DNA of 51,216 nucleotides from positions 1-51,216 of the forward strand of contig JANJFQ010000003.1 of NCBI GenBank assembly GCA_025435355.1, in the 5' to 3' direction. Below the pieces are notes generated by a model that did not search any database, was not told the DNA's origin, and saw only the letters and a list, made by a program, of their open reading frames with translations. Shown here piece after piece: positions 9,731-18,255 of this stretch; the stretch's first letter is position 1, and each line of letters opens with the position of its first letter. Both the position numbers and the translations under genes were made by a program. Source of the stretch: Candidatus Methanophagales archaeon (GTDB lineage: Archaea > Halobacteriota > Syntropharchaeia > Alkanophagales > Methanospirareceae).

Positions 9731-10537
9731 TCAGACGATTTTTGTCTCCTTCTTCAAACTCTTTGCAAATGTCTCTACCTCGCGAAGCATGTTCTCTTCT
9801 GACCCCAATCCCTCCTCTACTATCCTTATGAATGCACTACCCACGATTGCACCATCTGCGACCTCGCAAACCGTTCTTACATGCTCACGCTTTGAGATAC
9901 CAAATCCAACCGCCAGTGGCACATGTTTATCCCGTGATAATTCCATTTCCTTTATCCCCCCGATAAGTGGGCGTATCGTATCAGAAAGCTTCTCTCTCGC
10001 TCCTGTTACGCCGAGCAGTGATACGACATAAATGAATCCAGACGCAACATCCAGAATCTTAGCCATTCTCTTCTCCGTCGTCGTAGGTGCAATAAGGAAG
10101 ATTAAATTGGTTTCATACCCCTTGCATATTTTTAGTAACGGTTTTGACTCCTCCACAGGCAAATCAGGCACGATTAACCCTTTTATCTCTGCGGATTCGC
10201 AATCGTTCACGAATTGTTCCAGCCCCCTTTGTAACACCAGATTGTAATAAGTAAGGCAAACCTTTTCCACTCCTTTTATTCCCGCAGCGACGTTAAAATA
10301 TAAATCCGGATTCATCCCCGCGTTTAAACTGCTTTCACTCGCTCGCTGTATCGTAATACCATCTGCGATGGGGTCCGAGAAGGGCAAACCGAGCTCTAAA
10401 ATGTCCACTCCGCCTTTTGTTAAAGCATCTGCTATTTTCGAGGTCTCCTCAGCAGTGGGATAACCCGCAGTGATGAACCCTATCAAAGCTTTCTCATTCT
10501 TTTTCTCCAGTTCTTTGAACTTGTTTTCTAAGCTCAT
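9731..10537 (-). CDS. trpA: Tryptophan synthase alpha subunit
   Basis: ELGLPFSDPIADG.TIQ, PDLP.EE, VS..GVTG.R, VGFGIS, DGAIVGSA. Confidence 0.97.
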   Translation of the reverse strand: MSLENKFKELEKKNEKALIGFITAGYPTAEETSKIADALTKGGVDILELGLPFSDPIADGITIQRASESSLNAGMNPDLYFNVAAGIKGVEKVCLTYYNLVLQRGLEQFVNDCESAEIKGLIVPDLPVEESKPLLKICKGYETNLIFLIAPTTTEKRMAKILDVASGFIYVVSLLGVTGAREKLSDTIRPLIGGIKEMELSRDKHVPLAVGFGISKREHVRTVCEVADGAIVGSAFIRIVEEGLGSEENMLREVETFAKSLKKETKIV

Positions 10538-10584
10538 CCCTTCATCAACGTACCATGTATAATAAAAAAGAGTGGGGTTATTTA

Positions 10585-10854
10585 TTATTTTTTTATTGCA
10601 ACTTCCAATATGTCTCCGATAAACGTGCCAAATATGAATACAATTACTAGGAATACCACATTTATAAATATTCCGATTGCACCCGCCGCAAAGAGGAAGA
10701 GCCCGCCCACGAAAAACCCGATAATCCCGAATACTATCCCAAGAATAATACCGTACACAATACCCTTTTTGAAAAGTTCCCAGCGCTTTTCCTTCCCGGG
10801 TTTCGTGTATCCGTATACCAATCCTATAATAAACGCAAGTATCGCTAATATCAT
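10585..10854 (-). CDS. Small conserved archaeal membrane protein (3 TM)
   Basis: MILAILAFIIGLVYGY..PGKE...G.FIGD.LE; start placed at ATG 10854. Confidence 0.7.
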   Translation of the reverse strand: MILAILAFIIGLVYGYTKPGKEKRWELFKKGIVYGIILGIVFGIIGFFVGGLFLFAAGAIGIFINVVFLVIVFIFGTFIGDILEVAIKK

Positions 10855-10955
10855 TTTTTCGACTCCAAAGATTTTACATGTGAGGAGGTATATAAACTTT
10901 TCGAAATGTTCCCTTGGACAGGCAGATGAAAATTTCGCCTGACGGCGACAATGAA

Positions 10956-12239
10956 TCAAAAAATCTTCCTGCTCTTCGCCTTCGCACCCATCCCCTCCTC
11001 TATCCGCAACAATTGATTGTATTTACATGTCCTCTCGCTTCTTGCAGGTGCGCCTGTTTTTATTATCTCTGCGTTTATTGCAACCGCGAAATCTGCGATA
11101 AGCGTATCCTCTGTCTCGCCTGACCTATGGCTGACTACTTTCTTATATCCGTTCTCAGAAGCCAATATAACGGCATTCAGAGTTTCTGAAATAGTGCCTA
11201 TTTGATTCAACTTCAGCAGGATTGCATTTGCCGCTTTTTTCTTTATCCCCTCTCTAAGTCGCTTGACATTCGTCACGAACAGGTCATCGCCTACTATTAT
11301 GTTCCGCGGCAGCTTAGCCGTGAGTTCCGCAAATAACTCGAATGAATCCTCTTCAAAAGGGTCTTCTATCAATTCTATCGGATATTTCTCCACGAGGGCT
11401 CGATAGAAGTCAATTAGTTCATAGCCGTCTTTCTCCATGCCGTCTATCATGTATTTTCGCTTCGCAGAGTCGAAGAAAGAAGAAGCCGCGGCATCCATGC
11501 CCAACCGTATTTCAGCTTCAGAATAACCCGCTTCTGTTATCGCTTCTGTTATCGCATCTAATGCCTGAGCCGTCTCACGCATAGGTGGTGCATAGCCACC
11601 TTCATCCCCTACATTCGTGGCTATCTTACCGTATTTTTCCGCTAACACTTTTTTAAGTGCGTGATAAGTCTCAACGCCAGCTCTTAAATTATCGCTGAAC
11701 CTGTCAAAACCTACGGGTAGAATAATAAACTCCTGTATGCTCAGCTCGTTACCCGCATGCTTACCGCCGTTTATCACGTTCATCATCGGCACAGGAAGCT
11801 CATACCGCAGCACCGTCCCCGCGACATCCTCACAGATATATGCAAAGAGCGGTTTTTTTAACGAATCCGCTGCCGCTTTACAAACAGCCATCGAGGTTCC
11901 AAGAATAGAATTTGCACCCAATCTCGACTTGTTTTCCGTTCCGTCCAACGTTATTAGTCGCTCATCTATTTCTTTTTGTTCAAGAGCATTCTTTCCAATT
12001 AGCTCGTTTTTTATCACCGTATTAACGACCTTAACAGCTTTAAGAGCGCCTTTACCACCATATCTTTTCTTGTCACCGTCTCGTTTCTCCCACGCCTCTT
12101 TACTTCCGGTAGATGCCCCTGAAGGCACACTCGCTCTGCCAAATCCGTTCTCTGTATGCACTTCTACTTCTACGGTCGGATTTCCACGAGAATCCAAAAT
12201 CTCTCTTCCTTTTATTTCCTCTATCTCTATTATGCTCAT
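10956..12239 (-). CDS. eno: Enolase
   Basis: REILDSRGNPTVEVEV, PSGASTG, GDEGG, SHRSGETED, IKTGAP.RSER. Confidence 0.98.
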   Translation of the reverse strand: MSIIEIEEIKGREILDSRGNPTVEVEVHTENGFGRASVPSGASTGSKEAWEKRDGDKKRYGGKGALKAVKVVNTVIKNELIGKNALEQKEIDERLITLDGTENKSRLGANSILGTSMAVCKAAADSLKKPLFAYICEDVAGTVLRYELPVPMMNVINGGKHAGNELSIQEFIILPVGFDRFSDNLRAGVETYHALKKVLAEKYGKIATNVGDEGGYAPPMRETAQALDAITEAITEAGYSEAEIRLGMDAAASSFFDSAKRKYMIDGMEKDGYELIDFYRALVEKYPIELIEDPFEEDSFELFAELTAKLPRNIIVGDDLFVTNVKRLREGIKKKAANAILLKLNQIGTISETLNAVILASENGYKKVVSHRSGETEDTLIADFAVAINAEIIKTGAPARSERTCKYNQLLRIEEGMGAKAKSRKIF

Positions 12240-12433
12240 AGTTGTTTCACCTCTTGCTAACGATAATTAATACATGTTTCCCTGTTATTTTTCCTTCTTT
12301 CATTTCATTCATCTCCTGATCTCAATTACAGGGTTTGTTTTTGGAGCTTCTATGATAACCTCTTCTCCTCCATCCACGATTCCTATGCACATGAGCAATG
12401 CCATGGCACATACAATTGCTGCTGCTTGCTTGC

Positions 12434-12973
12434 TTACTTTCCTAAATAATCAGTCCATGCTTTCTCACATTCTTTCTTTCTTTTTACAATACTCTGAAAT
12501 TCCCAGTCATCTGCTATTTTTAGATTTTTCTCACGCATGAAGTTTATAAAATAATTTGCTTTATCTAAGACCTCTGTTACAAAGTCTTCCAGAGGTACTG
12601 CAATAGGCTTTCCCTTGCCACCCATTTTTTTGTCGAAAATTGGACCACCAGTTTTCGCATCTAAGTTTGGAGCTCCCGCTGCCATATAATGTACAGTCAC
12701 ATCAACTAAATTGCCATGGCGTTTGAATACAAAATCAAAGGGATTATCAAGTATAGAACATCTAACTTCATTTGTTGTTCCAATAATGGTCGGTAATGCT
12801 TTTAGCCATCTGTCAAATACGGAAAAATAGTGATCACTGACAATAGACTCTGATTTACTTTCATCATGTTTTGTTATATTAATGCCATTACATATCACCA
12901 CCACGGGTCCTCCTACATATTCGTTATAGTTATCAAATCCTTCCATAAAAATTTTTAATTTAAATTTTTTCAT
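12434..12973 (-). CDS. Putative immunity protein to the upstream toxin
   Basis: 179-aa cytoplasmic ORF starting 10 nt after the toxin stop, with AGGTGA RBS; AT-rich like the toxin tip; no recognisable family. Confidence 0.55.
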   Translation of the reverse strand: MKKFKLKIFMEGFDNYNEYVGGPVVVICNGINITKHDESKSESIVSDHYFSVFDRWLKALPTIIGTTNEVRCSILDNPFDFVFKRHGNLVDVTVHYMAAGAPNLDAKTGGPIFDKKMGGKGKPIAVPLEDFVTEVLDKANYFINFMREKNLKIADDWEFQSIVKRKKECEKAWTDYLGK

Positions 12974-12983
12974 ATTTTCACCT

Positions 12984-14984
12984 TTATTTACCCCATGGCC
13001 ATCTGACACCAAGACCCTCCTTTGGGAATGCTGTTGTAACTCCCCTCCCTTTCTCGATTATCCCCATTTCATCAACTCCGTTATTAAAACCGTGATCTAT
13101 GGGTCTGAATATGATTTTAGTTACATCTTGAGGATCTGGAGTACCCTTTTCTAACCCAGCCTCGATCATTTCTTCGACTTCATCCCAATCCATTCCTTCA
13201 GGGAATAGAGAAGTACCCCGCTCTGGAGAGCCATCTATATGTTTAAACTGGATATGTTTCTTTCCAAAACCGGGTTTCCATACACCATCAACAAAATAAT
13301 CTTCCTTACCAACTTTTATGACTGTTGTATCACTTACAACTTCGGTTCCGGCTTTAACACTCCTACTTGGAGCTTTCAACATCCTAACTAGCTGTTCTTC
13401 CCCAGCAGTTATATCGATGGGATCAATCCCCGTCCCCCTCACATATACCGCCAACTTCTCGGGATTAACCTTATTCATGTCAATGACATTCCACTCCACA
13501 CCCTTCGATGTTATCTCAACAATTTCTTCCTTATACTGCTTCACCAACGTATTAACAAACCCTTCGCCATGCTTCTTAAATATCTTCGCTAATCCTTTCT
13601 GTGCATCATCACCCCATTCTTTCAATGCTTTTCTGCCAATCTCTGACTTTGCCATCCACTCTGCTGTATCATCGGACATCTCAGCCAAGTTTTTACCTGC
13701 TCTATCAGCTTTACCCTTCCCTAAACTTTCCAGAAGTCCTTTCCCAGTTTGCTTATCAACGTTCTTTAAAGCCTTATTCCACCCATTTAGAGCCGGTTGA
13801 CTTAATTCATCCCACCACGGGACGTAATGTATGATGCCCAATTTAAATCCAACATCATCAAACCATTTAACCGTCCAACTGACACCACCTTTAACATATT
13901 CTACGGTACCATTTGCCTTTGTTTTTATAACCCGTCCCGTCTCGCCAATATCATCCACAAATTTTAGAGCACGACCTTTCCCAACGACCATAGCCAGGCC
14001 GTGACCAACAAATCCAGCAGGTATAAATGGAGATACAGCATCGCCAACAAGCATCGCCTCCTCGAACTTACACCTATCCGCAGCGGGTCCAGCATTCTCG
14101 CGGATTTCAGCAACACAGTTCCTTGTGTCACCAACACAGCCTTTTATCGCATTTACACATTGCGGAACGCCAAAAGAATCCTCTTCCTGGAACACGCACT
14201 TGCAGAACTCTTCCGTGCTCCATGCAACTGAAGCAACGTCAATAACAGCCATCGCAACAGCCACAGGCGCTATTTCAGGTGTAAAATCGTCAATTCGTGA
14301 GAAATTGGAGCAGTCGCCTTTTGATTGCGCCACACGCGATTCACCGGGCAGTGTTGCAATGAAATTAACAACTTCTTTTGATTCGTCCACGGTTATATCC
14401 CGCGATTTCTGATAATCTCCTTCGTAATCCAGATTCGTTATCCTGTATCTTATGTCTATGTGGTGATTGCCGTATGGGACATCCTCGATGTATGCATACC
14501 CAAAAGGATTGGTCAATGCCCTTTCTTCCCCATCCACATACACATAAACGTTCGCTACTGGATAGCCATTGATATTATCCACGTTTACCTGAAGGTCGCC
14601 TCTATGCGTGTCGCAGTCACAACCACCGGAATCACAACCCGCCTCGCTAAAACAATACCCTTCTTCATAACAGTAGTAATGCTCATTGTCTATCTCACAG
14701 CCGCACCCACTAAGAGTACCGCTACATGAGGGAGTGCATGAGTTGGGATAGCCAGATGGATTACATTCACCACCAGCATGGAAATAACAGGTTACCGTGC
14801 TTGTTGATAAGGTTGTGTAATCAGGTGTACTATCAACAGAATCTGAATGTATGTTTATTGGACTTTCAGATGTTACAGTCTCGCCACCCGACACTATGCC
14901 GCCGAAGAGCTGCGAACCCAGTAGTAACGCTATAATAAAAATCCCTATAATCGTATCCATCGCTTTGCTTTTTTCGCCTTTCAA
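12984..14984 (-). CDS. Secreted polymorphic-toxin-like protein with C-terminal EndoU/BECR-like RNase domain
   Basis: Signal peptide, Cys-rich segment, PEGA/carboxypeptidase-regulatory-like beta sandwich, two hydrophobic helices, C-terminal GKKHIQFKH...SLFP..MDW.EV..MI...VTTAFP. Confidence 0.65.
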   Translation of the reverse strand: MKGEKSKAMDTIIGIFIIALLLGSQLFGGIVSGGETVTSESPINIHSDSVDSTPDYTTLSTSTVTCYFHAGGECNPSGYPNSCTPSCSGTLSGCGCEIDNEHYYCYEEGYCFSEAGCDSGGCDCDTHRGDLQVNVDNINGYPVANVYVYVDGEERALTNPFGYAYIEDVPYGNHHIDIRYRITNLDYEGDYQKSRDITVDESKEVVNFIATLPGESRVAQSKGDCSNFSRIDDFTPEIAPVAVAMAVIDVASVAWSTEEFCKCVFQEEDSFGVPQCVNAIKGCVGDTRNCVAEIRENAGPAADRCKFEEAMLVGDAVSPFIPAGFVGHGLAMVVGKGRALKFVDDIGETGRVIKTKANGTVEYVKGGVSWTVKWFDDVGFKLGIIHYVPWWDELSQPALNGWNKALKNVDKQTGKGLLESLGKGKADRAGKNLAEMSDDTAEWMAKSEIGRKALKEWGDDAQKGLAKIFKKHGEGFVNTLVKQYKEEIVEITSKGVEWNVIDMNKVNPEKLAVYVRGTGIDPIDITAGEEQLVRMLKAPSRSVKAGTEVVSDTTVIKVGKEDYFVDGVWKPGFGKKHIQFKHIDGSPERGTSLFPEGMDWDEVEEMIEAGLEKGTPDPQDVTKIIFRPIDHGFNNGVDEMGIIEKGRGVTTAFPKEGLGVRWPWGK

Positions 14985-15174
14985 TTATCTTATCATGCCT
15001 CCTTATCCTGGTTTGACGGAACAACGGCAGTTTGACTTAGGGTAAGGGAAGAAAATCAGGTATATAAAATTTTCGATTCGTTTATTTATCCTTCTACTTT
15101 TATATTTATATTTCGTATCGTGCAACATATATTTTCTACGAGCCCAAAAAAGAAAAGAAGGAGATTTATCATAG

Positions 15175-16815
15175 ATGAAAGAAAGCGGGGAAGAAACAGA
15201 AAAGACGAAAAAGGTGCTTGTAACAGACCATATTTCTGAAGAGGGTATAAGAAAGCTGCGGGAGTTTGCAGAAGTTGATATTGAATTAGAATTGAGCAAG
15301 GAAGAATTAACGGAGCGTATTGGGGGCTATGATGCGTTAATCGTGAGAAGTGGCACGAAAGTGACGAAGGAAATAATAGAAGCAGGCGGCCGATTAAAGG
15401 TAATAGGCAGAGCAGGTGTCGGCGTGGACAACATAGATGTGGAAACTGCGACGGAAAAAGGAATAATGGTGGTGAATGCGCCAGAAGCAAATACTATATC
15501 TGCGGCGGAACACACCATTGCAATGCTGCTCAGCCTTTCGAGAAAAATACCGGCTGCGAATGTGTTGCTGAAATCAAGGAAGTGGGAGAGAAAAAAGCAC
15601 ATGGGTGTGGAAGTAAATGGCAAGGTATTAGGCATAATAGGTCTGGGAAGAGTGGGAAGTGAGGTAGCGAAGAGGGGGAAAGGGCTTGGGATGAGAGTCG
15701 TTGCTTATGACCCTTTCATCTCATTGGAGAGTGCGAGAGAACTTGGAATTACTCTTTTAAGCATTACTGAGGTTCTTTCTGTCGCTGATTTTATATCGCT
15801 GCATACTCCACTGACAAAGGACACGCATCACCTGATAGGTAATAAAGAGTTCGAGTTGATGAAAGATGGCGTTCGTGTGATAAATTGTGCTCGTGGAGGA
15901 ATAATAGATGAGGATGCACTGAAGGATGCGATAAAGAGTGGTAAAATAGCAGGAGCGGCCTTGGATGTTTTTGAGCACGAGCCACCCGATGAAAGTGAAT
16001 TAGTGCAAATGGAAGAAGTAATTGTTACGCCTCATCTGGGTGCATCCACGGAGGAAGCACAGAGGGCTGCTGCTGTGGTTATTGCTGAGGAGGTAATAAC
16101 CGCATTGAAGAACAAGCCTGTGAGGAATGCCGTGAACATGATATACGTCGAAGTGGATTTGATGGACGCTATAAAGCCCTATTTAGTATTAGCAGAGAAA
16201 CTCGGACGGCTCTCAGCACAGCTCATACCAAAATCGAATAGGCTTGAGCAATTTAACGTTTCTTATAAAGGAGAAATAGGAATGGCAACACACAGCATAG
16301 GGAAAAACACGAGATTGATAACCGTAGCAATGCTGAAGAGCTTTCTATCGTGGTTCACCGATGGTGTGAATTATGTGAATGCCGAGGCAATAGCGAAGAA
16401 ATTTGGGATAAAAGTCACGGAAAGCAAGACCGAGGACGTTGAAAATTTCTCCTCACTGATTAGCATTACAACGACCACGCGGATAGAAGATGAAGGAAAA
16501 AAAAGGACCGTTGCAGGCACACTCTTTGGAATAGACGATCCAAGAATAGTGAAAATAGACGGGTTCAGGGTGGATGCATCTCCTTCTGGTTACATGCTTA
16601 TATGCTCCTTCCTCGATAAACCGCGGGTGATAGGTCCTGTTTGCATGATTTTAGGCGACCGCGGCATAAACATAGCAGGGATGCAGGTGGGAAGGGAGAA
16701 AGTAGGAGGTGAAGCGGTTATGGTGCTTAATGTGGATAGTAGCGTTAGTGAGGATATAATGGAAGAGATGGAAAAGGTGAAGAACATATTTGATGTTAAG
16801 CTTGTGAAGCTGTAA
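15175..16815 (+). CDS. serA: D-3-phosphoglycerate dehydrogenase (type I, ASB+ACT)
   Basis: RAGVGVDNID, GLGRVG, NCARGG, TPHLGAST.EAQ, C-terminal ACT DKP.VIG...NIA.M. Confidence 0.97.
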   Translation: MKESGEETEKTKKVLVTDHISEEGIRKLREFAEVDIELELSKEELTERIGGYDALIVRSGTKVTKEIIEAGGRLKVIGRAGVGVDNIDVETATEKGIMVVNAPEANTISAAEHTIAMLLSLSRKIPAANVLLKSRKWERKKHMGVEVNGKVLGIIGLGRVGSEVAKRGKGLGMRVVAYDPFISLESARELGITLLSITEVLSVADFISLHTPLTKDTHHLIGNKEFELMKDGVRVINCARGGIIDEDALKDAIKSGKIAGAALDVFEHEPPDESELVQMEEVIVTPHLGASTEEAQRAAAVVIAEEVITALKNKPVRNAVNMIYVEVDLMDAIKPYLVLAEKLGRLSAQLIPKSNRLEQFNVSYKGEIGMATHSIGKNTRLITVAMLKSFLSWFTDGVNYVNAEAIAKKFGIKVTESKTEDVENFSSLISITTTTRIEDEGKKRTVAGTLFGIDDPRIVKIDGFRVDASPSGYMLICSFLDKPRVIGPVCMILGDRGINIAGMQVGREKVGGEAVMVLNVDSSVSEDIMEEMEKVKNIFDVKLVKL

Positions 16816-16869
16816 AATTAAACATACAAAAGTCTTATTCTTTTTAAGAAAAGGTTTGTTGAGGTAAGA

Positions 16870-17220
16870 ATGAAAAAGAGAAGAAAGCCAAAATTCGAGA
16901 GGTATGGATGGTGGAAAAAGAAGAAGTTGAGTAAGAGCTGGAGAAGACCTCGTGGGCATGATAACAAGATGAGAGAGCATATAGCGGCGAAGGGCGCGAT
17001 GGTGAAAGCAGGATATAGGAGAAAGAAGGAAGAAAGGGGGATACTTCCGTCTGGCGTGCGAGAAGTGCTTGTTTCCAATACGAATGACCTTACTAAGGCA
17101 GAGGTTGCAATTGATGGAATAGCTGTGCGGATAGCATCTTCCGTTGGAAGGAGAAAAAGGGAACAAATAGAAGAGGAAGCGGGAACGCTTGGTATAAGGG
17201 TGCTTAATCCTAAGCATTAG
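16870..17220 (+). CDS. rpl32e: 50S ribosomal protein L32e
   Basis: KPKF.R...K.L..SWRRPRG.DNKMR, GY, PSG..EVLV.N, IA..VG.RKR..I, I.VLN. Confidence 0.95.
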   Translation: MKKRRKPKFERYGWWKKKKLSKSWRRPRGHDNKMREHIAAKGAMVKAGYRRKKEERGILPSGVREVLVSNTNDLTKAEVAIDGIAVRIASSVGRRKREQIEEEAGTLGIRVLNPKH

Positions 17221-17253
17221 AACGCAAATAAAGAGGAATTTTAATTAAAAGCA

Positions 17254-17829
17254 ATGCCAAAAAGAGCTCCTGACCCCATTACCGAGGAAGAGCTAAACAA
17301 AATCTTGGATGCTGCTATCGTGAATGATAGAGACTATCTGATATTAAGGCTACTTGCAAGAACTGGCATCCGTATAGGCGAGCTTTACGGTGTCTATAAG
17401 TGCGAGCGCGGGGAATGGATATACGGGATACAGAAGAAAGACATTGACTTCCGCAACAAAAGGCTGTGGGTATATTCGTTGAAGCAGAAGAGATATGTAA
17501 GAAGAGAGGTCCTTGCTGACGATGCCACTATGGTGTTGTTGAAGAGATACACAGAAAAGATGAAGCCCGAGGATTATGTTTTCAGAAGCATCTCGTATAG
17601 ACAAATTCAGAGGCTGCCGAAGAAGTATGCCCTGCAAGCAGGTGTAGATAAAAACGTGTCATGCCATTCCCTTCGACACTTCTTTATCACGCATTCCTGG
17701 AGAAAAGGGATAGACATTGCCAGACTCCAATACCTCGCAGGCCATGCTGACTTGAAAACCACAATGATATACACGCATGTGACGACAGAGGATGTGGAGA
17801 AAAAATATCGTGAGATATACGAGGAATAG
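17254..17829 (+). mobile_element. Tyrosine recombinase/integrase, catalytic domain only (191 aa)
   Basis: TGIRIGEL (R), HSLRH (HxxR), LAGHAD...TMIY (H, Y) catalytic residues intact. Confidence 0.9.
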
Positions 17830-17917
17830 GTTGTTATAAGCTACCCGTTTGTTATGGTTAAAAATCGAAAAGCATTTATATATACTCTGGAATTTGTGAT
17901 TTAGAAATATAGGTTAA

Positions 17918-18187
17918 TCATTCACCAGAAGTCGCATATATTTCATAAGGCATTATCTTCTTGTTCGCCTTCTTCTTCCCTCTCAACTTATTTACGAGGT
18001 CGGCGGCTTTCTCCTTCTTCTTCCGCTCCTTCAACCTCCCCATTATGCTCGCCATCTCTTTCGCCTTTCCCTCACTGCCGTATTCCTTCTCCTCCTCCTT
18101 TACATACTCACCATCTACATCCTCTTCCACCGCTATTTCCTCTTCTTCCTCTTCCATTCCTTCAAAAACCATTACACCTACACTCAC
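17918..18187 (-). CDS. Pup/UBact-like intrinsically disordered protein modifier ending in -SGE
   Basis: 89 aa, highly charged, C-terminus EIYATSGE, strong RBS GGAGGTG, immediately downstream of the Dop-like gene. Confidence 0.8.
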   Translation of the reverse strand: MSVGVMVFEGMEEEEEEIAVEEDVDGEYVKEEEKEYGSEGKAKEMASIMGRLKERKKKEKAADLVNKLRGKKKANKKIMPYEIYATSGE

Positions 18188-18255
18188 TTTAACTCCACCT
18201 CCTTACACTTTTATTACTTCTTTTTCTTGATAAAACTTTCCTCTTTTACCGTAAA

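Noticed and set aside
12274-12433. rpoK expected upstream of enolase
   Set aside because: Translation shows no RpoK motifs (no ARALQ); it reads as a signal-peptide relic instead.
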